From positions 224,001 through 288,000 of the forward strand of contig JBEKVV010000001.1 of assembly GCA_049513715.1 (NCBI GenBank): a stretch of 64,000 nucleotides of DNA, read 5' to 3'. The notes beneath the pieces are model-generated. The model was not told the origin of the DNA. It worked only from the letters and a program-made list of their open reading frames with translations, and did not search any database. A program made the translations under genes and the position numbers. Below are positions 25,703 to 36,248 of this stretch, piece after piece. The DNA is from Candidatus Bathyarchaeia archaeon. GTDB taxonomy: Archaea; Thermoproteota; Bathyarchaeia; 40CM-2-53-6. Each line of letters begins with the position of its first letter. Position 1 is the stretch's first letter.

Positions 25703-27730
25703 ATGAGCGACAACTTGCGTCGCCTTGTCGAAGGTCGAGGACAGTTCGTGGACGATTTGCATCTCCCGAACATGCTCCACCTAAAGCTGGTGCGAAGTCC
25801 CTATGCTCGGGCGCGGGTTGCGAAAGTGAAAGGAGGAATAAACGGTTCCGAAGTCAAGTTTGATTTGGTGTCGGTAGGCGAAGGCGCGTCCGATGAGACC
25901 CAGACCGTTGCTTACCCTGTCCTCGCGTCGGATTACGTTAACTATGCCGGACAACCTGTCGCTGCCGTATTCGCAGAGGATCTCTACAAGGCAACGGACA
26001 AGATAGAAGAGGTGGAAGTTGAGTATGAACCACTGAAGCCTGTCGTTGATCCGGAAGAGGCTTTGCGCTCTGAGCCAATTCATCCCGGCACAAAATCCAA
26101 CATCATCAGCAGTGTTCAACTTGGCAAGGATTTCCGTGTCCCAAATGCCTACGTGGAGCTTGAAGAGGAATTTGCGAACGAGAGGATAATTACCGACCCA
26201 CTAGAACCCCGCGGACTCGTCGCGCATTTCGACGGATCGAGACTAACCGTGTGGGCGTCGACTCAGTCTGTTCACAGTTGGAAAGAAGGCATCTGTGATT
26301 GCATGGGTCTATCCGCTGACAAGGTGAGGGTTATCCAGTTGGACACTGGAGGAGCATTCGGCAGCAAGAGCAGTCTCTACCCTGAGTACGTGGTCGCCTG
26401 CTACCTCTCAATGAAGACGCGAAGACCTGTGAAATGGATCGAGACTCGTTCCGAGCATTTGTTGGTTACCCATCAGGGCAGAGGCACTAGAGCCAAAATG
26501 AGAATCTTCGCAGATAGAACTGGCGTCGTGTATGGCTTGAAGGGGGACTTGCTTGTAGATGCGGGAGCATATCCTGTGGGGATGGGAGCCTTCGCGCCTG
26601 GTTGGATAGGATTCCAGGTGACTGGACCATACACTTTCTCCCATGCCCTTGTCAACGCGAAGTCCGTGTACACAAACAAAGTTCCTTTGGGGCCGTATAG
26701 GGGAGCTGGAAGGCCTGAGGCAGCATTCTTCATTGAAAGGATGATGGACCTGCTAGCCGACGAACTTGGCATGGACCCTGTTGAGGTCAGACTCAAGAAC
26801 GTCAGTGGCGAACCATTCGTTTCGCCGCTCGGCCTGAGAACTGAACCATTCAAGCCGTTCCTTGAATCCGCCGCGCGCGAACTAGATTATCAAAACAGAG
26901 CACGAAAAGGAGCCGTGGGCTTCTCATGTTTCGTACTGATCCCTGCGATTCAACCTGGAGAATCGGCACGAGTGGCGATTGCGAAAGGGAAGGTCAAGGT
27001 TTGGATGGGTGGCTGCGCGCACGGTCAGGGTCATGATATCCTAGCGAAGGTGCTTGTAAGTGAGGAGTTGGGTGTTCCAGAAGCTTGCATTGAAGTTGAG
27101 AAGGGTGACACCGACCAATTGAGCGAAGGTGTTGGAACTTGGGGCAGCAGAACCACCATCGTGGGAGGAGGGGCCCTTGTTCAGGCTTGCCGAAAAATCA
27201 AGGATGAGGCCAAAAAGGCACTAGGGGACTACAGCTCTGATGCCTTGCTCGATCATGAGTTTGATGCTGAAGTCTTCTTCTCCCGGCGTGAACCGCTGAA
27301 CTCATTCGGAGCGAACTTGGTATCTGCATCCGCGGGCGAATTCGGTGTAATACGAATTGATGAGTGCATGGCTTACTACGACGCCGGGCGAGTTCTTAAT
27401 CCGGCAATGGTTGAGAGTCAGATAATAGGCGGCTCCGCACAAGCGATCGGGCAGGTGCTGTATGAAGAAGCCAAATATGATGAAGATGGCCAGCTGCTCG
27501 CAGCCACTATGGCAGAAGCAGGAATGCCAAAGGCCCAACACATGCCCAGGTTCACAATCAAACTGGCAACCAACACTTCGTCCCCCAACCAACCAAGAGG
27601 AGTCGGAGAAAGCCCAACAATGGGCGTCCCACCCGCCGCCGTCAGGGCTATTGAGAAATTGACCCGTAGGAAACTCACAGAGACACCAATTCGACCAGAG
27701 GACATTTCATCCAAGAAACTTGCGAAATGA
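25703..27730 (+). CDS. Xanthine-dehydrogenase-family molybdopterin subunit (CoxL/CutA-like; not form I CODH)
   Basis: GGAFGSK, PYRGAGRPE, HGQGH, GTWGSR, RGVGES. Confidence 0.9.
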   Translation: MSDNLRRLVEGRGQFVDDLHLPNMLHLKLVRSPYARARVAKVKGGINGSEVKFDLVSVGEGASDETQTVAYPVLASDYVNYAGQPVAAVFAEDLYKATDKIEEVEVEYEPLKPVVDPEEALRSEPIHPGTKSNIISSVQLGKDFRVPNAYVELEEEFANERIITDPLEPRGLVAHFDGSRLTVWASTQSVHSWKEGICDCMGLSADKVRVIQLDTGGAFGSKSSLYPEYVVACYLSMKTRRPVKWIETRSEHLLVTHQGRGTRAKMRIFADRTGVVYGLKGDLLVDAGAYPVGMGAFAPGWIGFQVTGPYTFSHALVNAKSVYTNKVPLGPYRGAGRPEAAFFIERMMDLLADELGMDPVEVRLKNVSGEPFVSPLGLRTEPFKPFLESAARELDYQNRARKGAVGFSCFVLIPAIQPGESARVAIAKGKVKVWMGGCAHGQGHDILAKVLVSEELGVPEACIEVEKGDTDQLSEGVGTWGSRTTIVGGGALVQACRKIKDEAKKALGDYSSDALLDHEFDAEVFFSRREPLNSFGANLVSASAGEFGVIRIDECMAYYDAGRVLNPAMVESQIIGGSAQAIGQVLYEEAKYDEDGQLLAATMAEAGMPKAQHMPRFTIKLATNTSSPNQPRGVGESPTMGVPPAAVRAIEKLTRRKLTETPIRPEDISSKKLAK

Positions 27731-27757
27731 ACTAGCAGAGTCACAGTGGGCACGCTA

Positions 27758-27849
27758 TGGTGGGCCTGGCCGGATTTGAACCGGCGACCCCACGATCTCT
27801 GAGCAGCTGATATCAGTCGTGTGCTCCAACCATGCTGAGCTACAGGCCC
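27758..27849 (-). tRNA. tRNA-Ile(GAU) with 14-nt intron at 37/38 (27797-27810), CCA encoded
   Basis: Cloverleaf GGGCCTG...CACGA-CT-GAT-A[intron]A-TCGTG...GGTTCAAAT...CAGGCCC-ACCA. Confidence 0.93.
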
Positions 27850-28003
27850 GTTCGCTGGTCGGTGGTGGTGTTTTCGCTTTAAGCATTTGTCGGGTGCAAG
27901 GTATTCGGGCTGATTGGGTCTTGATTGCGTCGTAGTATATTCCAACTATAGAAATCATGCGTCACTATAATTAGCATATACATAGTGGTTCAAGTGCATA
28001 CTG

Positions 28004-28570
28004 GTGACGCGACAAGTGCATGAGGTAAGATTTCACGGAAGAGCAGGGCAGGGCATCCTAACGGCCAGCCGACTGCTCGCTCAAGCAGCGATTTTTGATG
28101 GCAAGTACGCGCAAGCGTTTCCCGACTTCGGGCCCGAAAGACTGGGCTCACCGGTTCAGGCGTTCTGCCGAATCGACGACCAACCCATAGAGATCAGAAG
28201 CCAAGTGTACACGCCAAACGCGGTCGCCGTCTTTGAGCAAAGCCTCCTGAACCTCGTTCCAGTGACGAATGGCATGGTATGTAAGGGCAATTTCGTTGTG
28301 AACGCCACAGACGCAGCGACGCCTGCTGTTAAGAAGTTGAGTGATGAATCAAAAACAGCTCCATACGTCATTGACGCATCGCGCATCGCAATGGAACTGA
28401 TTGGCTCGCCTACGGTGAGCACAATCATGCTGGGGGCTCTGGCGAGTGCATCAGGTTTTGTCAGCATTGATGCCTTAGAATCGGTTGTCAAACAGAGGTT
28501 TCACGGTAACATGGGAGAAGTGAACGCGAAAATGGTCAGAATGGGATTCAAAGAGGTGCGCCAAGCATGA
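28004..28570 (+). CDS. porC: 2-oxoacid:ferredoxin oxidoreductase gamma subunit
   Basis: EVRFHGRAGQG, FPDFGPERLGSPV. Confidence 0.92.
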   Translation: MTRQVHEVRFHGRAGQGILTASRLLAQAAIFDGKYAQAFPDFGPERLGSPVQAFCRIDDQPIEIRSQVYTPNAVAVFEQSLLNLVPVTNGMVCKGNFVVNATDAATPAVKKLSDESKTAPYVIDASRIAMELIGSPTVSTIMLGALASASGFVSIDALESVVKQRFHGNMGEVNAKMVRMGFKEVRQA

Positions 28571-28848
28571 GCGCAACTAAACCTGGTTGGCGCCAACTCA
28601 CAAGAGGCGCTGTCGTGACCCAACCGAGCTCGGCGAGAGAATTCAAGACAGGGAGCTGGCGCACCCAGAAACCCGTCCTAAATGAGGCCAAATGCACGAA
28701 TTGCTTATTCTGTTGGATCTGGTGCCCCGAACCCGCAATCGTACGAGGACCCAAGAAAGTCTCCTTCGACTACGATTACTGCAAAGGATGCGGCATTTGC
28801 GCAGTCGAATGTCCCGTTCACGCAATAGCGATGGAGGAGGAGCACTGA
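28567..28848 (+). CDS. porD: 2-oxoacid:ferredoxin oxidoreductase delta subunit
   Basis: TGSWRTQKP; CTNCLFCWIWCP and CKGCGICAVECP 2x[4Fe-4S] motifs. Confidence 0.95.
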   Translation: MSATKPGWRQLTRGAVVTQPSSAREFKTGSWRTQKPVLNEAKCTNCLFCWIWCPEPAIVRGPKKVSFDYDYCKGCGICAVECPVHAIAMEEEH

Positions 28849-28851
28849 AAG

Positions 28852-30042
28852 ATGATGAAACCTCAGAAAGTAGAACTCGTGCCGATGAGTGGGTCGGAAG
28901 CCGTCGCCAAAGCGGTAATACAATCGAACGTGGACTTCACTTCCGCCTACCCGATCACCCCCCAGACCATAATTGTCGAGCGGCTTAGCGATCTCGTAGC
29001 AACCGGAGAGACCAAAACAAGTTTCGTAAACGTAGAATCAGAGCATTCCGCGTTGTCAGCATGCGTAGGGGCAAGCCTAGCTGGAGGGCGAGTTTTTACA
29101 GCTACTTCAAGCCAAGGGTTAGCTTTGATGCACGAAGTCCTGTACCTTACTTCAGGCCTCAGGTGCCCGATTGTTATGGCCGTCGCCAACCGCGCCCTCT
29201 CGGCGCCGATTAGCATCCATGGCGACCACTCAGACATGATGGGTTCTAGAGATTCCGGTTGGGTACAACTGTACGTTGAAAACGCGCAAGAGGCCTACGA
29301 TTGGATTATGCTTGCCTACAGGATTGCTGAGGATGAGCGTGTGGCGTTGCCATTCACCGTGAATATGGACGGCTACGTGATCACACATTCGGTTGAGGCA
29401 ATGTCCCTGATTGACGACGAGACAGCGCACAAATACCTGCCACCGAGACAACCGCTCCTGAAACTAGACCCACAAAAACCCGTCACGTTCGGAACGCTAA
29501 CGCTACCCGACTACTACTTCGAGTTCAAGCGCCAGCAGGAAGAGGGAATGCGGAACGTGCCAGCTGCCTTCGCGGACGCCACAAAGGAATTCGCGGACCT
29601 TACTGGCAGACGATACGAACGTTTGGTTCCATTCGAACTTGAGGACGCAAAAGTCGCAGTCGTCTCGCTCGGAAGTGCCTCGGGAACTGTGAGGTGGGTA
29701 GCGAGAAACCTTAGGAAGAAGGGCCTACCGGTGGGTGCGTTGAAAATCGCACTCTATCGCCCGTTTCCACATGAGGAGGTTGGGAAGATGCTTGAGAACA
29801 TTGACGTCGTGATTGTGTTGGAGCGCGCACTTAGTCCGGGTTCACATTGCGGGCCACTTGGAAGCGACGTAGTCTGCTCACTTTACAACCGCTCGGCGCA
29901 GCCGCAAGTGTTAGACATAGTCGCCGGCTTAGGTGGCCGCGATTTGTCGCCAGATAGCATCGAAAAGATCTTCCGAACCGGACTGGAGGCTACATCTAGG
30001 CCTACTGGTCTTGAGATGGAGTTTGCAGGAGTGCGTGATTAG
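28852..30042 (+). CDS. porA: 2-oxoacid:ferredoxin oxidoreductase alpha subunit
   Basis: AYPITPQT, VESEHSA, TATSSQGLALMHE, GLGGRD. Confidence 0.96.
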   Translation: MMKPQKVELVPMSGSEAVAKAVIQSNVDFTSAYPITPQTIIVERLSDLVATGETKTSFVNVESEHSALSACVGASLAGGRVFTATSSQGLALMHEVLYLTSGLRCPIVMAVANRALSAPISIHGDHSDMMGSRDSGWVQLYVENAQEAYDWIMLAYRIAEDERVALPFTVNMDGYVITHSVEAMSLIDDETAHKYLPPRQPLLKLDPQKPVTFGTLTLPDYYFEFKRQQEEGMRNVPAAFADATKEFADLTGRRYERLVPFELEDAKVAVVSLGSASGTVRWVARNLRKKGLPVGALKIALYRPFPHEEVGKMLENIDVVIVLERALSPGSHCGPLGSDVVCSLYNRSAQPQVLDIVAGLGGRDLSPDSIEKIFRTGLEATSRPTGLEMEFAGVRD

Positions 30043-30044
30043 AA

Positions 30045-31016
30045 ATGGCCACTTTAAAGGAACTCCAGGTACAGGAACTGCTCGGACCTGGCCACAGGCT
30101 TTGCGCCGGGTGCGGAGGCGCAATCACCGCACGCATGACCCTCAAAGCAATCAAACGACCCATGGTCGTAGTGAACGCCACGGGCTGCTTGGAAGTAGCA
30201 ACAACCATCTACCCATACACCGCCTGGGGCGTCCCATGGGTACACGGCCTATTCGAAAACAACTCCGCAATAGCAAGCGGCATCGAAACCATCCTGAAAG
30301 CCAAGAACGGCGGAAAATTGGACACCGACATTATCGTATTCGGCGGTGACGGAGGAACATTCGACATCGGCCTACAGGCCCTATCAGGGGCTTTCGAAAG
30401 AAGGCACGACTTCGTGTACGTGTGCTATGACAACGAGGCTTACATGAACACGGGGATACAACGCTCGGGTGCAACTCCTGAGGGAGCTTGGACCACCACA
30501 ACCCCAGTAGGTGCTGCGTCGCCAGGGAAAGTGGGGCCGAAGAAGGATCTGATCGCAATCAGCCTCGCGCACCACATCGACTACGCCGCCACCGCATCTA
30601 CTGCCTATTGGAATGATTTCATCACCAAAGTTCAGAAGGCAGCTGCGGTTGAAGGACCAGCGTTGATTCACGCGATCTCCCCTTGCCCGTTGGGTTGGCG
30701 GTTCAAAACCGAGCAGACGATTCAAATGGGTAAGTTGGCGGTGCAGACTCGTTACTTCCCACTGTACGAAGTTGAGAAGGGGAAGTACAAGCTCAGCGTC
30801 AACCCGCACCAAGAGCCGTTGGAAAAGTTCCTCAAAATGCAAGGACGCTTCAACCACCTCTTCAAACCAGAATATGCGGGTGAACTTGAGGCGTTAAGGA
30901 ACCAAGTTGACCAGAAATGGAATGCACTACAGGAGCTCTGCCAGGGAAGGCATCCCACATGGAACGGCTCCAATATTACAACTCGTCCCACTCCAACCCC
31001 TACTGCGGCGAACTAA
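30045..31016 (+). CDS. porB: 2-oxoacid:ferredoxin oxidoreductase beta subunit
   Basis: GHRLCAGCG, TGCLEV, GGDGGTFDIG...DNEAYMNTGIQRS TPP-binding motif. Confidence 0.96.
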   Translation: MATLKELQVQELLGPGHRLCAGCGGAITARMTLKAIKRPMVVVNATGCLEVATTIYPYTAWGVPWVHGLFENNSAIASGIETILKAKNGGKLDTDIIVFGGDGGTFDIGLQALSGAFERRHDFVYVCYDNEAYMNTGIQRSGATPEGAWTTTTPVGAASPGKVGPKKDLIAISLAHHIDYAATASTAYWNDFITKVQKAAAVEGPALIHAISPCPLGWRFKTEQTIQMGKLAVQTRYFPLYEVEKGKYKLSVNPHQEPLEKFLKMQGRFNHLFKPEYAGELEALRNQVDQKWNALQELCQGRHPTWNGSNITTRPTPTPTAAN

Positions 31017-31036
31017 CGCCAAGGAGGTGAGACGTG

Positions 31037-31168
31037 GTGAAGACGGTTGGAAGATGTGCTGAATGCCGGGACTGCTACGGAAGCGATTGCACCCCGTGCA
31101 CGATCTGCGGAGCGACCCCATACGACGCCTGCATGCACTGCCCGCCAAGCCTAATACTCGGCGGTTAG
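31037..31168 (+). CDS. 43-aa cysteine-rich small protein (8 Cys)
   Basis: MKTVGRCAECRDCYGSDCTPCTICGATPYDACMHCPPSLILGG; SD GGAGGTGA at 31023-31030; 20 nt after the porB stop. Confidence 0.65.
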   Translation: MKTVGRCAECRDCYGSDCTPCTICGATPYDACMHCPPSLILGG

Positions 31169-31286
31169 ACTGACCCCTCGTTAAGACAAGCGCGTAAGTC
31201 GGCAAGTCCAAGCTGGTTCTCGTTTCTGGTTAGCTGGCTCTCTCGAATAAACCGTTTAAATCAGGGCGGGTTTTCTTAGGCCGCGA

Positions 31287-31404
31287 GGGCCGGTAGTTCA
31301 GCCTGGTATACCCCAAGAATCATCAAGGGCCAAAGAACGCCCGGTTCGCATAAGTTCCAAGAAAAACCGGGAGGCCGCGGGTTCAAATCCCGCCCGGTCC
31401 ACCA
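31287..31404 (+). tRNA. tRNA-Ala(CGC) with two introns (31310-31334 at about 21/22; 31351-31365 at 37/38)
   Basis: Acceptor GGGCCGG/CCGGTCC with G3:U70, T-arm GCGGGTTCAAATCCCGC, encoded CCA; removing both inserts restores the cloverleaf; TTTAAAT upstream. Confidence 0.9.
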
Positions 31405-32031
31405 AATTCTCGAAGCCTGTCACTTAACCTCGTGCGATTCTTGTACAATCCGCGAGTCAAATATCATGAAAGACGAAACCTAGACTCTTGTCTTGTTCAG
31501 CTATGTCGGCGTCTGGGGCTAACGAATGGAATAATCTGCTTCCAAATCTCGACAGGGGAAGAAGTGTGGAATCAATCCTTCGATCAAGCAGACGCACCAC
31601 GCATACACAGTGAGCCCCTTCGACCCCACCATCCCTGCCCGTGAATAGCATGTGCTAGGCACCTTTTTTCTGGGCCGTCTTACCGCGCATGCGCGAGTGC
31701 TTGATTCAATGTGTGGTGTGCTTTTGTGGGGAAAACATGTCACTCATCCCTAACTCCAGTGGAGAAAATGTCGGTATGACGCTGGGATGAGGCTTGTTAA
31801 TGATGAATGGTTTGGGGTGTTCGACTGCAAAATTAGCATCCAAAATCCGCAGAACAAGCTCTCGTGGCTGTGGGGGGGGGCCACTAATGGCTCCGGATCA
31901 AGCGAAACCGGTTGAAAAAGCTCTGGAGTTCCCACCCCGCAAAGGTCTTGAGAATGATTAGCATAACCTAGCTTAGGGGAGACATTGCCGTTTCTTTCCC
32001 GAGGTTATTTCCCTCTCGCAATAACTAGGAG

Positions 32032-35000
32032 ATGTTCCCGAGTTTGAAGCAGAGAAAACGAAAGGCCGCTAAAGTGAATGTAAAGGCGACCAAGATCAGC
32101 GTCAAACCGCACAGAATCAAATTACATGAAAAGCTGATGGCGCTACATCAGCACGCGGCCAAACTCAGCTCAGCCACGCAGATTGAAAAGGTAGCCAAAT
32201 ACACGCTAGACGCGATGGAGTACGCACTTGGATTCGACTACGGTGACTTCACAACCGTTGAGAATGGATGGCTAAGAAAAAAGGGCTCCCGAGGAATGAA
32301 AATCGTCTACTCAGATCTACCTCTTAATGGGCCTGGAATAATTGTGAAGGCCGCAAGAATGAGGGACACGGTTTCAGTGTCCGACACTAGGAAGGAACCA
32401 GCGTATGTCGATCGCATGGGCATCAATTGGAAAGGACCACGAACAATGCTTTCGGAACTGGCAGTGCCCGTGGTCGTAGACGAAGAGAGTGCTGCTGTGC
32501 TAAACGTGGAAAACGCGCGGCCGAATACCTTCACTGACGAAGACCGCAACCTCCTCGAAATACTCGCGTCCCATGTTGGCTCAGCGTACAAGCGTCTAAA
32601 CTACGAGGGGAAGTTGATTGCACTCCACAAGCATGCACAGCAACTCGCCTCCGCCACATCCTTGGAGGAGATCATCAAGTGCACCTTGGACGCAATCGAG
32701 TCTCCGCTGGGAGTCGAGCTGGCGGATTTCTATGTGATTGACACCGAGAAGGAATGCCTTCGTCTTGTTGGGTTGCGCGGATGGAGTCCTTCCTTCTCAG
32801 AATTGAGTCTGCGAGGCCCCGGTTTCACAGTGATGGCTGCAAACTCACAACAGACGGTTAGGATACCCAACATTAGCAAAGAAGAAGGTTATGTTGATTC
32901 TGCAGGCCGTTCAGGAAAGGCGGTATCGACGACGCGGCTTTCGGAACTCGCAGTACCCGTGATCGTTGAAGGCAAGACCGTCGCAGTCTTGAACGTCGAG
33001 AGCAGTCAACTCAATGCCTTCAACGATGAAGATCAAAGGTTACTCGAAACACTTGCGGTTCACGTGGGCTCGGCGCTTGGACGCTTGAGACATGAAGAGG
33101 AGCTAGAGACTTTAGCGAGGTTCCCCTCCGAGAACCCGGATCCCATCTTAAGGTTGGACAGGCATGGCACCGTTCTCTTTGCAAATGAGGCGAGTAAGGC
33201 ACTATTGCAGGACTGGAACTCGGGAATTGGTCAAGCTGCTCCCAAGCCTTGGCGCGACCTTGTTACTGATGTTCTTTCCTTTGGAGAAGGCAGGAATATC
33301 GACATCGAGCTTGGCGGCAAATCATACACGTTTCTTGTTAAGCCGATCGTGGAAGGGGATTACGTCAACCTCTACGGAGCGGACATCACTGAACGCAAGC
33401 GGATGGAGAAGGAGCTTAGGCAGAGCGAGGAACGGTTTCGTCTCATCACCGAGAATATGCCTGGAAGCGTATATCTCATGGACATGAATCTGAAGCCGAC
33501 CTACATCAGCCCAAACAACACACGTGTTCGAGGTTACACACTAGAGGAACTTTACGCTCTACCGCTCGATAGACAATTGACCCCTGACTCACTCAAACTT
33601 GCTTTGGAAAATTTCAAAAAGGCTTTGTCCGAAGAGAACCTGAAGTCAAAGGACGCACGGACAAGTCTCACAGAGGAACTGGAGTTCTATCGGAAAGACG
33701 GATCTACTTTCTGGAGTGAGAACACATTCTCATTCGTCAGGAACTCAAAAGGCGAACCTGTCGGAATCCTGGGAGTTGGACGAGACATCACCGCACGCAA
33801 GTGGGCGGAAGAGAAACTTCGTCAATCGGTAGAACGCTACCAGTCTCTCTTCGATCGGATGCTGGATGGAACATACCGCAGCACGCACGAGGGCCGATTT
33901 GTCGACATCAATCCTGCTTTTGTAAAGATGTTCGGGTATTCGAGCAAGCAGGAAATGCTGGACATTACGGACATCAAGAAGCAACTGTATTTCTCACCCG
34001 AAGAACGCGGAAGCCACATTCTGGACACAGGCCAGGAAGAAGTGGAAGCATACCGGATGCGTCGAAAGGATGGATCCGAGATCTGGGTAGAAGATCATGG
34101 TGGTTACGTTCACGACGAACGGGGGAAAATCATCTTCCATGAGGGGCTACTGCGTAATGTTACAGAACGCGTGCGCGCCGAGGAGGCGCTACGCCAGCAT
34201 GCTAGGGAACTGGAAGCGCTCCAAGCGATAGTTCTGGATATTACCCGAAGACAAGACTTGCCGACGATGCTCCGCGCCATCGTTGAACAAGCGGCGACTT
34301 TGCTGAGAACTCCAAGCGGAGGATTGTATACGTGTAATCCTGAAAGGCAGATGGTGCGATGCGTCGTGAGTTACAACACCCTTAAGGATTATACCGGAAC
34401 GTCACTCATGTTTGGAGAGGGCGCTGCCGGCACAGTGGCCAGCACAGGACAGCCATTGATAATAGACGATTATCACAGCTGGTCAGCTCGGGCTGGAGTG
34501 TTTGAGGAGGACCAGCCTTTCGGCGCCTTGCTCAGCGTGCCCATGATCTGGGAAGGCCAAGTTACCGGCGTAATTCACGTCTTGGACAAAGAGTCAAGAC
34601 ACTTCACCAAAGCCGATCTTGCGTTGCTGAAACTCTTCGCAAACCACGCAGCGATCGCCCTCGAGAACGCACGTCATTCAGAGAACTTGGAGCGGATGGT
34701 TGGAGAAAGAACCGCTAAGTTGGCCGAGAGCCAACATCAGCTTCAACTCATGGCAGACTCCTTGCCAGCAGCGATAAGCTACGTGGATTCGCAACAGAGG
34801 TATAGTTTCAACAACAAAACCTACAAAGAATGGTTTGGTAAGTCGCCCAACGAGATTGTGGGACGACATGTTAGAGAGATATTGGGTGAGCAGACCTATC
34901 AGAGAATTCATGGGCGCATGGAAGCCGCACTCTCAGGAGAGGGACAGTTCTTCGAATATGAGTTAACGCTTAGATCGGGCACACGGTATCTCAGCGCCAC

Positions 35001-35781
35001 CTACGTTCCAAACTTCGGAGAGGACGGACAAGTCAAAGGAGTGTTTGTTTTAGGCATTGACATTACAGAACGCAAAAGGATGGAGGAGCGTCTTCTCAAG
35101 GCTCAGCGTTTTGCTGCTATCGGGGAGACAGCGGCAATGGTGGGCCATGATCTTCGCAACCCATTACAAGCAATTTCTGCGGCGGCATACGTCTTGGAGA
35201 AGAAGCTTAGCTCAGAAGCAGATTTGCAGACCAGGGAGATGCTTGAAGCGGTCAAGAACAGTGTCGCATACTCAGATAAGATCGTAGAGGACCTCTTAGA
35301 GTACTCTGAAGAGATACGATTGGAACGCTCAGAAACAACACTCAAATCGCTCGCAGGAGACGCATTACTTAACGTGAGAATTCCAAGGAACATATCCGTT
35401 TCAAACTTGACATCAGACGAGCCGAAGATACGAGTCGACGCAGCAAAGATCCGGCGTGTGTTCTCTAACCTGATCGAGAATGCTGTCGACTCCATGCCCA
35501 ACGGCGGCAAACTTACAATAATCAGCAACAAGTCAAATAGCCAAGTCGAACTCAAGTTTATGGATACGGGAGTAGGTATCCCTGAGCATGTCTTGCGTGA
35601 ACTCTGGACGCCTCTCATCACCACGAAGCCCAAGGGGATCGGGTTAGGTTTGGCTATCTGCAAACGCATCGCGGAAGCACATGGTGGTTCCATATCTGTG
35701 ACCACCAAGAAGGATGAAGGCACAACCTTAATCCTGAAACTTCCTCTCACAGCAAACCAAGAAGAAGGTAGGAGCGCATGA
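32032..35781 (+). CDS. Cytoplasmic sensor histidine kinase (GAF-GAF-PAS-PAS-PAS-GAF-PAS-HisKA-HATPase)
   Basis: Duplicated LSELAVPV..LNVE GAF domains, DITERKR PAS/PAC ends, GHDLRNPL H-box, NLIENA, DTGVGI, GIGLGL. Confidence 0.93.
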   Translation: MFPSLKQRKRKAAKVNVKATKISVKPHRIKLHEKLMALHQHAAKLSSATQIEKVAKYTLDAMEYALGFDYGDFTTVENGWLRKKGSRGMKIVYSDLPLNGPGIIVKAARMRDTVSVSDTRKEPAYVDRMGINWKGPRTMLSELAVPVVVDEESAAVLNVENARPNTFTDEDRNLLEILASHVGSAYKRLNYEGKLIALHKHAQQLASATSLEEIIKCTLDAIESPLGVELADFYVIDTEKECLRLVGLRGWSPSFSELSLRGPGFTVMAANSQQTVRIPNISKEEGYVDSAGRSGKAVSTTRLSELAVPVIVEGKTVAVLNVESSQLNAFNDEDQRLLETLAVHVGSALGRLRHEEELETLARFPSENPDPILRLDRHGTVLFANEASKALLQDWNSGIGQAAPKPWRDLVTDVLSFGEGRNIDIELGGKSYTFLVKPIVEGDYVNLYGADITERKRMEKELRQSEERFRLITENMPGSVYLMDMNLKPTYISPNNTRVRGYTLEELYALPLDRQLTPDSLKLALENFKKALSEENLKSKDARTSLTEELEFYRKDGSTFWSENTFSFVRNSKGEPVGILGVGRDITARKWAEEKLRQSVERYQSLFDRMLDGTYRSTHEGRFVDINPAFVKMFGYSSKQEMLDITDIKKQLYFSPEERGSHILDTGQEEVEAYRMRRKDGSEIWVEDHGGYVHDERGKIIFHEGLLRNVTERVRAEEALRQHARELEALQAIVLDITRRQDLPTMLRAIVEQAATLLRTPSGGLYTCNPERQMVRCVVSYNTLKDYTGTSLMFGEGAAGTVASTGQPLIIDDYHSWSARAGVFEEDQPFGALLSVPMIWEGQVTGVIHVLDKESRHFTKADLALLKLFANHAAIALENARHSENLERMVGERTAKLAESQHQLQLMADSLPAAISYVDSQQRYSFNNKTYKEWFGKSPNEIVGRHVREILGEQTYQRIHGRMEAALSGEGQFFEYELTLRSGTRYLSATYVPNFGEDGQVKGVFVLGIDITERKRMEERLLKAQRFAAIGETAAMVGHDLRNPLQAISAAAYVLEKKLSSEADLQTREMLEAVKNSVAYSDKIVEDLLEYSEEIRLERSETTLKSLAGDALLNVRIPRNISVSNLTSDEPKIRVDAAKIRRVFSNLIENAVDSMPNGGKLTIISNKSNSQVELKFMDTGVGIPEHVLRELWTPLITTKPKGIGLGLAICKRIAEAHGGSISVTTKKDEGTTLILKLPLTANQEEGRSA

Positions 35782-36248
35782 GCGGCTCGGCAAGAATTCT
35801 TATTGTCGATGATGATCAGGAGATTCTGAAGACGTTCTCCGCAGTGCTAAAGGAGACCGGGTATGTGGTGGATACGGCGGAGAGTGGGAGAGAGGCGATT
35901 GAGAAATCTGAGGCCAACTTCTACAACCTCGCTCTGATAGACATCCGTCTGCCCGACATGGAAGGCACGAGACTGCTAACAGCCCTAAGGGAGACAACTC
36001 CGAAGATGATCAAGATAATTGTGACAGGCTACCCAAGCCTGCAGAATGCTGTCGACGCTGTAAACAAAGGTGCCGACGGTTACGTTATCAAACCAGCGAA
36101 AGCAGAAGAGCTTCTCAACACCATCCGAGAACACTTGCGAAAACAACAGGAGGCGAAGCAGTACGGGGAGCAGAAGATCAAGGAGTTCATCGAAACGCGG
36201 GTTGGAGAACTAGATACGGAAGAGAAGCAGCCTTCAAAGCGAGCTTGA
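35778..36248 (+). CDS. Response regulator receiver protein
   Basis: ILIVDDD, LIDIRLPDMEG, VTG, YVIKP; ATGA overlap with the kinase. Confidence 0.95.
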   Translation: MSGSARILIVDDDQEILKTFSAVLKETGYVVDTAESGREAIEKSEANFYNLALIDIRLPDMEGTRLLTALRETTPKMIKIIVTGYPSLQNAVDAVNKGADGYVIKPAKAEELLNTIREHLRKQQEAKQYGEQKIKEFIETRVGELDTEEKQPSKRA

